From Octopus vulgaris (taxonomy: Eukaryota), in the NCBI GenBank assembly GCA_951406725.2, contig OX597836.1:48112001-48176000 (forward strand): DNA of 64,000 nucleotides. Direction: 5' to 3'. Positions 37,072 through 64,000 of the stretch are shown one piece after another. Both the position numbers and the translations under genes were made by a program. Below the pieces are notes generated by a model. The model saw only the letters and a list, made by a program, of their open reading frames with translations. It ran no database searches and was not told the origin of the DNA. Positions within the stretch are counted from its first letter, which is position 1; the number at the start of each line of letters is the position of its first letter.

Positions 37072-37423
37072 GTGGCTGTGTGGTAAGTAGCTTGCTTACC
37101 AACCACATGGTTCCGGGTTCAGTCCCACTGCGTGGCACCTTGGCCTCGGGCCAACCAAAGCCTTGTGAGTGGACTTGGTAGACGGAAACTGAAAGAAACC
37201 CGTCGTATATATGTATATATATGTATATATGTGTGCGTGTGTGTTTGTGTGTCTGTGTTTGTCCCCCTAGCATTGCTTGACAACCGATGCTGGTGTGTTT
37301 ACGTCCCTGTCACTTAGCGGTTCAGCAAAAGAGACCGATAGAATAAGTACCGGGGTCGAGTTGCTCGACTAAAGGCGGTGCTCCAGCATGGCTGCAGTCA
37401 AATGACTAAAACAAGTAAAAGAG
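37072..37423 (+). mobile_element. tRNA-derived SINE, followed tail-to-tail by a deleted - strand copy (about 37440-37632)
   Basis: Same family as 9544-9937. Confidence 0.8.
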
Positions 37424-38228
37424 TATATATCTTTTATATTTTACTTGTTTCAGGCATTTGATTGTGGCCATGCTGGGGCACAATGTAAATGATTGGCTTC
37501 TTTCAGTTTCCATCCACTTACAATGCTTTGGTTGGCTGAAGGCTGTAATAAAAGACACTTTCCCAAGGTACCACGCAGTGGGACTGAACCCAGAACTATG
37601 TGATTGGGAAAGAAGCTTCTTGCCACACAGCTGTATACATCTGTTAAAAAAAGGGGGTAAAAAACCCCACAGAATTCAGCCATTTAGAAATGGCAAACAA
37701 ATTCACTCCAATCTCTATACCAACAGCTTGGATGGCCATAGTTGGAATGCTTTTAATCATAAAATTAGAGCGTGTGAAGTGGAGCTGCATGAAATTTTCT
37801 TTGTGTAACTGTTGAAGTTAAAGGTAAAGATTTACCATTTGATTAAAAAATTAACTGAGCATCGTTAGACATGTTACAGTTTATTAACTTCATTGGAGGA
37901 GATACTTCACGGATGTTAGCATTTGAAATAGACTTAATTGTTCTCTCATTAACCTCTTTTAATTGCACACTTAATTCATTTCCTTGATATCAGAGAAGGC
38001 AACAGCTAATTAGCAATATTTAAGATTCATTTGCAAAATATCTCAAATGGTGGATCTGGTGATGTTTAGAGAGAAGAAAGAAGAGATACTAATAGGATGT
38101 GTGTGTGTGTGAGAGAGACATTTGCATGTGTGTATGTATACACACTCACACACACATGTATATAATGAATACATACACATGCACACATATATATAAAGAA
38201 ACAAACACATACAAACCAACCTGTGCAT

Positions 38229-38285
<57 letters not shown>

Positions 38286-38354
38286 ATGAATACATACACA
38301 TGCATACATATATATAAAGAAACAAACCAACCTATGCATGCATATATATATATA

Positions 38355-38599
38355 TATATATATAATTTCAACAATATTAAGGAATGGTCTTAATAGGCCA
38401 TTCGACTCACTAGAAAGAGCAGTCAAACTCAAACCGCTAAATAGTAGTAATTCAGAAATCAAAGGAAAATTTAAAACATTTACCCTAATCATTTTAATTT
38501 TCCTTTGATTTCTGAATTACTACTATTTAGTGGTTTAAGTTTGACTGCTCTTTCTAGTGAGTCGAATGGCCTATGTATTGTTGAAATTATATATATATA
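38355..38599. repeat. Inverted repeat (about 105-120 bp arms, 15-nt spacer) embedded in (TA)n
   Basis: ATAGGCCATTCGACTCACTAGAAAGAGCAGTCAAACT... is mirrored by ...AGTTTGACTGCTCTTTCTAGTGAGTCGAATGGCCTAT. Confidence 0.88.
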
Positions 38600-38696
38600 G
38601 TCTGTGACTATTTTCTCTTTCTCACTGGACCGCTGGTGGCGAAAAAAAATTTATATTGAATTCTTTGCTACCCTTATATTGATTAATTATATTAAT

Positions 38697-38748
<52 letters not shown>

Positions 38749-40363
38749 CACATATACATATATAGATTTAAATATGTACATATTGACAGAAATATGAGTA
38801 TGGGTGTGCATGTGTGTGTGTGTATGCATGTGTGTAAAGCGTATATTTACGTATACATAATCTTATATATATAACATATACATACATACATTACATTCAT
38901 ATATATATATGTGTCTATATGGTTCACAGTTTGTAAAATTACAGACAGAAAACCTATGTCCATGTCAAAGCAACAAAACTGGAATTTCACAATTTTTTTT
39001 TTTTTTCTCTTTGCATGAATTCTTTAATGTCTATGGAATAATTATCATGAGGAATTTCAATATAATAACAGTCATATTTCTGCGAATATTTACAAAACAA
39101 TTATTTACATCTAGGGGAATATTAAAAGGGATCCCTTTATTTAGTCCCTGCAACCAAACGACATTATTGAGCGATTAAAAGGAGATAACTCTTACAGTCT
39201 TCTACTCTTTTCTTTTCATGTGAACATGATTTTCAAATTAATTTAAATTCAAATCAATATCAAATCAACTGGTTTCAACTTTCCAATAAAACGTTTCTTC
39301 TTTCAATTTTCTTTTCACATCATTTATAAAGTTTAAGTAATTTTTAATGCAGCTTCTTTCCAAATAGGTCCTTAAAAGTGGTCTGCCCACCTGGAGGGTC
39401 TCTAATCGGCTGTCTGTGCATTTGTGTGTTCTGATAATGAAATTTTAGTCAATATATATCTCATAACAATTCAGAAATTTGACAGAATATATTAAATTTC
39501 TGTTTTCACATATCACATTTACAGACGTAAATATTTGTTTTCCAATCATTTAGTTGATATAATGATCAGCATGCATAAATTAACATGCACCACAACGTTT
39601 GTAAAATTGACATATATATATATATCATGTATATAGGAGCGGCGAGTTGGCAGAAACGTTAGCACACCGGGCGAAATGCTTAGCAGTATTTCATCTGCCG
39701 TTACGTTCAAAGTTCAAATTCCGCCGAGGTCGACTTTGCCTTTCATCCTTTCGGGGTTGATTAAATAAGTACCAGTTTCGCACAGGGGTCGATGTAATCG
39801 ACTTAATCCATTTGTCTGTCCTTGTTTGTCCCCTATGTGTTTAGACCCTTGTGGGTAGTAAATAAATAATGTATATAGGAGCACTCCATTGATTACAACG
39901 ACGAGGGTCCCAGCTGATATGATCACCAGAACAGCTTGCTCGTGAAATTAACGTGCAAGTGGCTGAGTACTCCACAAACACGTGTACCCTTAATGTAGTT
40001 CTTGGGGATATTCAGTGTGACACAGAGTGACAAGGCCAGCCCTTTGAAACACAGGTACAACTCATTTTTGCCAGTTGAGTGGACTGGAGCAAAGTGAAAT
40101 AAAGTGTCTTGCTCAAGGACACAACACGTCGCTGGGAATTGAACTCACAACCTTGAATGCCCCTAACCACTAAGCCATGCGCCTTCACAATAAGGTCCTG
40201 GATGGGGAGAACAGGGGAACATTTCCAATGTAGCACTCAGCCTAAGCTTTAGGCAATCTGGAATTGCAGTCTTAACTCAGATCAAAATTCTTCAGGTGTA
40301 GAATATCCAGGTGTCATTGGTCATTAAAGATGGGACAAACTCTTTCTTTATCTTCTTATTTAG

Positions 40364-40399
<36 letters not shown>

Positions 40400-40401
40400 T
40401 A

Positions 40402-40438
<37 letters not shown>

Positions 40439-41999
40439 GTAAATGCATATACAAACACATATTTATGTCTATAAACTGAAGTAATGAATAAACATCAAAA
40501 CTATTCAACCACAGTAATTAAGAGCTCATTATTACACCCTGATATATAATTACAATTTGGTAAATCCTGTTGGAACCAGTTTGCATGTTTATTAGCAATC
40601 AGCTGAAATAATTGTTGAGAGCAGCATATTTGGAATAAAAAGCATACATTTTACATATAGTTCATAATTTGCTTCTACTCAACAGCTGTTTCAATAGCAT
40701 AAAACATCATTATTTATGTAATTATGCAATTAAAATACAGGGCTAATTTTAAAGTGATTTGTTACCCAAATCATCAGAAGAAAAAAAATAGTAATTAGGA
40801 AACCATTACTCATTGAAATACAATCTTTATTTCCTTTCTGTGATCTGAATTCAATTTCCAGTGATCTTTACCTTAGCATAAGAAATAACTCGTTGATCCT
40901 CTGCCATGAGTTACTACCCTATGTTCTATAATGACAATTTTTTTCCCTATAGAAAAAATATCATTTTAGTTAGATTCTAGAAAGATTTTCTTTGTAGGAC
41001 CTTCACAGCAATTATTTTCTCAACTTAAATCCACAATGTACACATCTGAGTGATCAGCCTTACACGAAACTTATAATTATAATCATAGTTGTGTACTGTA
41101 AATTATTATTTTTATTATTAATATTGAGTGAGAGCAGCACATGCTATCAAAGTGATACTGGGGTACAAATATACGAAGCCCAGTATACCCATCATGACTA
41201 CTCCTCTGATAAGGGTACACCAGGCACATGCATCACAACCATATGTGTGGGTGACATGGTGATCTCATATCAAGATAAACAGCACATGACCTTCCAGGTG
41301 GGGCCCAGTTAGAATTTTCTTCAGGTCAAGTAGCCCATCCTGCTCAAAAGGTCCTTGAATAAGGTTCGTTTTAAGGATGAACAAAACACTCATGTTTTCA
41401 TAGGTGAATTATTCAAACCCCAAAGAATCCCTCTCAACACATGGCTATGATGCTCCCCCACTACTTCTGCTCATGATCAGAGATGCACATATCATCAACT
41501 ACTAAGGGACATGATCAACTGGTTACGGTCAAACAACTGACAAGCAAATCTGTGGTATTGAGCAGAATATTTGGTGTAGCCCATCTTTTACACCAAGACA
41601 AAACAATGTACATGATAACACTTCCAGTCAGTTAAGATCAGAAGCTATGAGAGCCTCTGCCTGGGACTGCATCAGGGCATTCATTATTACATGAAAAAAT
41701 GCAAGCAAGAGATATAATATTCTTAAGATTATAAAAGTACAGGACTTGGCTGCAATTATTTTAAGTAAAAATTTTCTTGTTCTGTACTTTACCAGATGTA
41801 ATAACCTGTCCTGAACTTTTCCAAGTGAAATGACTTGGCCTTTAATTTTCCAAGTTTATAATCTCAAGAATATTATTTCCCTTGCTCGCACTTTCCCATG
41901 TAATCCATGTTTTTTTCCAGGCTATGCTATTATGTTAATTAATAGTGTGTCAATTGATAATTTAAGATTTTACTTTATTGAAAATTGAATAATAAATTG

Positions 42000-43484
42000 A
42001 ATAAATTTCTACATAGTATTTATTTCGGGGATGTAAGTGTAAATATTTCAAGACAAGCTGGTTTATGGCTGAGACCCAAATTGCAGGAAACCTTTTAACT
42101 TTCCCTGAAATGAGATGCCAAAATGCAGCTGTGTTGAATGCCGTGGGTGGCAGTCGCAAACAATTGTCATGAAAACCGAAATGCACGGGCATCTCGTGGA
42201 GGTTATGAGTATAAAAATCAATTTGAACCACATTCTTTGCATTCATAATTTGGATGCATCGGGTATGACCTGATTGTCAGCAGCGCAGAGAGAACAAGCT
42301 ATCAGCTGATTGCGTGCCCTGATTGTTGCGAAACCTTACAATGTCTGTGTCAGCACCATCTATCGCCTGCAACAGCAATACAATAACACCAAGAGCACCG
42401 CAGACCTTGTCCACAGAGGACGCCCCTGGGTGGTCACCCAGGCAGGACCACTTCATCCACCTGCACCACCTCTGTGATCACTTCAGACCAGCCAGTGTGA
42501 CAGCTCGCAAGACCATTGGCACTGGACAGCATCCTGTCAGCGACAACATTGTACAATGTCAACTGGCTGCCAACAACCTGTTTTGCCATTGTCCTGCTCA
42601 AAGGCCTGTCCTCACCACCTGCCACCGTCAGGCACAACTACAATGGGCTACACAGCACCAACATTGGTGGCATCAACAATGGAGGTCGATATTCTTTTCT
42701 GACGAGAACCAGCACTGTGTTTCCACCTAGGATGGCAGAGTGAGGGTGTGGCATAGGAGGGGTGAACGCTACAGAGATACATGCCATGGAGAGAGATGCA
42801 TGAGGGTGACCAAAGCATCATGGTTTGGGGTGCTATAGGCCTAAATCAGAGAATTGGGCCTCATGTGTTCCAAAATGTTGGTGCAGGCAGAGAGAATGGC
42901 ATCACAGTGCAGCGCAACATTGACCAGATCCTAAAACCCCACATCGTGCCCTTCTTCACATGTCATCATAGCCACATGTTCCAGCAGGACAATGCTCCCT
43001 CCCACATGGCCAGGGTCACCATGGACTTCCTGCATCAGCACAACATCAGAACCATGCTATGGCCAGATGTCAGCCTGGATTTGAACCCAATTGAACACCT
43101 GTGGGATGAAATTCAGAGAAGGCTGAACCAGGTGGTCCCAAGGCCGACAACCCATGTAGGACTGGAGGCAGCTTTTCTCAAGGTTTGGGCACAGGTGCTG
43201 ATGGCTTATGTGAACCGCCTCATGCACTTCATGTACCGACAGTGTAAGGCCGTTTTGAACACCCACGGAAGGCATACATGGTATTGAATACGTCACGCCC
43301 TACAATCTCAATGTACTAGATCCACCCACGACCAGACCACATGACAACGACCCATAGACTGTGGTGAAAGTGCATCCAAGAAATTGACTTTATCAGATTT
43401 ATCAAAATTTATCTCTGACATAATGAAATTAAAACATATTTCACAGCCACACACATCGTCCGTTTCTGTTGCGGTTCAGAGTAT
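42000..43484 (+). mobile_element. Tc1-family (DD34E) transposon, decayed
   Basis: WRSIFFSDE, IMVWGAI, FQQDNAPSH...LDLNPIEHLWD with 34 residues between D and E; frameshifted; 5' boundary approximate. Confidence 0.88.
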
Positions 43485-44782
43485 TTTAACAAAAGGCATG
43501 ACCTGCTCCTTAAAACTAATTATATTGTGAAAAGAGGCATGAATACCCATGTAAATGTTCTCAACCATCCTGTTAAGCGCAGGAAGCTTTAAAGAAAGGT
43601 TGTGTAAATTCCCATCAGATTATATTTCCAAAAGTTCTAGAAGTTTTGCAAGGAGTTATAAAAAACTATAGTATTGATCCATTGACCTGCAGTACAATGA
43701 CTAAAACAAGTGAAAAATAAAAGAAAAATTTGGAATCATTTGTTGTTGGTTCATTCATGTCTCAGAACGCAACCTCTTGCCTTCGTCCTGCTTACCATGA
43801 CCATCCCAACATCACTTTCTATAGCCTAGAGTCAACCCATACCTTGTCAGTGAAACTGGGTAAATGGAAACTATACAGAAGCCTGTCATGTGTATCACAC
43901 CTGTAATTCAACAGGTATAACTTGATTCTACCCGAGGATTACGTTAAAGATGTTTGTCTGAGGAATGTTAATTTAGGAGAAGGTAAATTAGTGGTTCAAA
44001 TTAACGCATCCTCTTCGTCAAACGACGGAGCTCCACCACCACTACCACCACCACCCACCACTTCACTGACAGAATAACAAATCATATCTTCCTCCCATTG
44101 AGAAGTATTTCTAAAGGTCCTCGGTCGGCAAATATCTATAAATGATCTATTACCCTCCAGGGACCATCTTTTCCTGGGAATAATCGTTTTTTGTTGGGGC
44201 TAAAGTGAAACTTGTCAACTGATCTGAGAAAGAAAATATTTACCAGTTTTAATTAAGAGATAAATGATTAATGAAGTTGTGGGTATGTGACACGAACTTA
44301 ATTCAGTTTTAGAAGCTTCTCACAGAAAAAAAAATTCCAGCATTTCAAAGTGAACATTTCTTTCAATCAGCTTACAACTATATTGCATTCAATTTCGAGA
44401 CAGTTAAATGGACGAGTAAAGAACAAGAAAAAAAAAGCAACCACCTTACTACATGCGATAAATAATGAAAGGATTTGTAAACAGGAAACAAATGACTTTT
44501 GATTAATATATATATCTATATAATTAGTGTGTTTGTTAAGTGTTGCTTGAGAAGATAAGTGCTAATAATCATTTTATTTCTTCACCTTGTCTATAAGCAA
44601 CTATGAGAAGCACACATCACCCCTGTGTGAAGTGTCTCTCTACCTTATCACCCTTCACCTCCGCCGGCTGTTTTTATCTCTGTTGCTTATGATGTCGTTA
44701 CAAGGCACAGTCTGATTTGGGTCTGGACCTAAAGAACAGCTGTTAAGATTAAATAACCAACAGTCGGAGATTTTACTTCGGG

Positions 44783-62570
<17,788 letters not shown>

Positions 62571-64000
62571 GTAAGTTATTTTTTATATAAGACACTTGTT
62601 TTTTTATATTGTTTTCAATACAAATCTTTATACTTGCATCTAATGTAGTGTTTCTGATACATGAAAGAGATTCCAGGTAAATGTTGAGGGAATTGGAAGC
62701 TGTGACATCCATAGAAAGGATTCCAAAGATTTATTATCTACAAAAGCAACAACACTGGCAAAACCAATAAATCGATCAAGAGACGCCAGGTGCAAGAGAT
62801 GTCAAGTTATGATTTGAGTGATTGCAAGGTTTCTAATAAAGTGTTCCAAGACAATTTTGGTAACTTAGGTCACATTTTGGTGGGATTTGAAGTGAAAATT
62901 GTCAAGTGAGGAACATCTTCCCCATCACCTGTCACCAACGTTCAACACTTTTCATTTACACCTAGATATAATAAGCACCTTCGTTAACAACATTTATGTA
63001 GCTTCATTAAGAACGCATAGCTTGTGAACCAAAAATATGTCCATTACACATTGTCAGAATGAAATAGTTCTGATCAAGGCGTCTTTCAGGAATGGATCTC
63101 ATCTCTTTTATTCTAAGCATAATTCTTGAACAACAGAATAATTCTTGCTTTAATGTTATATCAAAAGAAGATTGCAAATATTTGGCACAGGATATAAATG
63201 TTAGAGAGAAGTGGGATGGATTAAATTTAATCAACTTCCATGAAGGGGGGTAGTAACTAAATACTATGAGGTATTTTAGTCTTTTTCTGGCACTTTCAAC
63301 ACCAGAAGAGTGAAGTCGTTTGGTAAATTGTTTTATTAATGATCATCTTCATCAATTTCAACATACATGAAAAAACATTATGAAATAAAGCCAGAAGTGT
63401 AGAAACTGTTTTCGAACATAGACAATAATCAATACAGTGTGTTCAATACTACAAGGAAGCAATTAAAAAGAGGGTCCAGATTTGTATGGAAGGTGCTAAG
63501 CTGTATGGATGGTCCAGAGTTGTGTGGAAAAGCCAGAACTATACAAAAGGTCCAAAGAAATCTAACATTAGATTAATGCAGGCAAACCTCGTTACCAATT
63601 CTGTCCATCTTCTGTAATTATTTAATTGACAATGGTCTGACCCCTTTTATTACGATTTTTCTGTTGAAATACTCTTTGTTTCAATTAATTTAGGAAATCA
63701 TGAAAAATTTGGTAAAATAACTTTTTATTATGAAGCTTTCGATGGTTTTAGTTTAGATTACTCTAAAGTAGGAACTTTGTATCCCAGAACCAGAGACAAC
63801 TTCAGGCAGGTTGGCACCAAAAGGGTTAACTCAGAGTGATTCTGTTTCCCACTTACTACAAGTTATAGCAAAGAATTGAGTGATTAATCTCATACTTCAG
63901 CATATCTTGGCAGAGTGTCTTATGTATAACTTATTATCATTATCATTATTATTATTATTTTATTATTATAAACAGATTTAATGTTACTGTCAGGTTAATG

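Overview
AT-rich, repeat-dense eukaryotic DNA; the SINE and repeat families look like coleoid cephalopod (Octopus-like), which is recognition and not a database result. Three spliced + strand genes can be assembled by hand with GT-AG sites and consistent phases. (1) The 3' part of an Arg/Ser/Gly-rich protein gene (6 exons, 197-11772). (2) A complete fukutin (FKTN) CDS (8 exons, 20730-29438, about 434 aa, including an 18-nt microexon). (3) The 5' part of a secreted inter-alpha-trypsin inhibitor heavy chain-like (VIT domain) gene (5 exons, 44783-62570, continuing past the window). The rest is transposon-derived: tRNA-derived SINEs, RTE LINE fragments, Penelope-like elements, Tc1/mariner (DD34E, DD37D, mariner), hAT and pogo-like MITEs, two Helitrons and microsatellites. 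The most notable observations are several minimal hammerhead-ribozyme motifs with palindromic stem III sitting in long intronic inverted repeats (one with an intact core on both strands), an isolated 43-bp 18S rRNA fragment, a long-TIR element carrying TTAGGG repeats, and an internally inverted Penelope endonuclease segment. No CRISPR array or true tRNA/rRNA gene is supported. Repeat boundaries are approximate.
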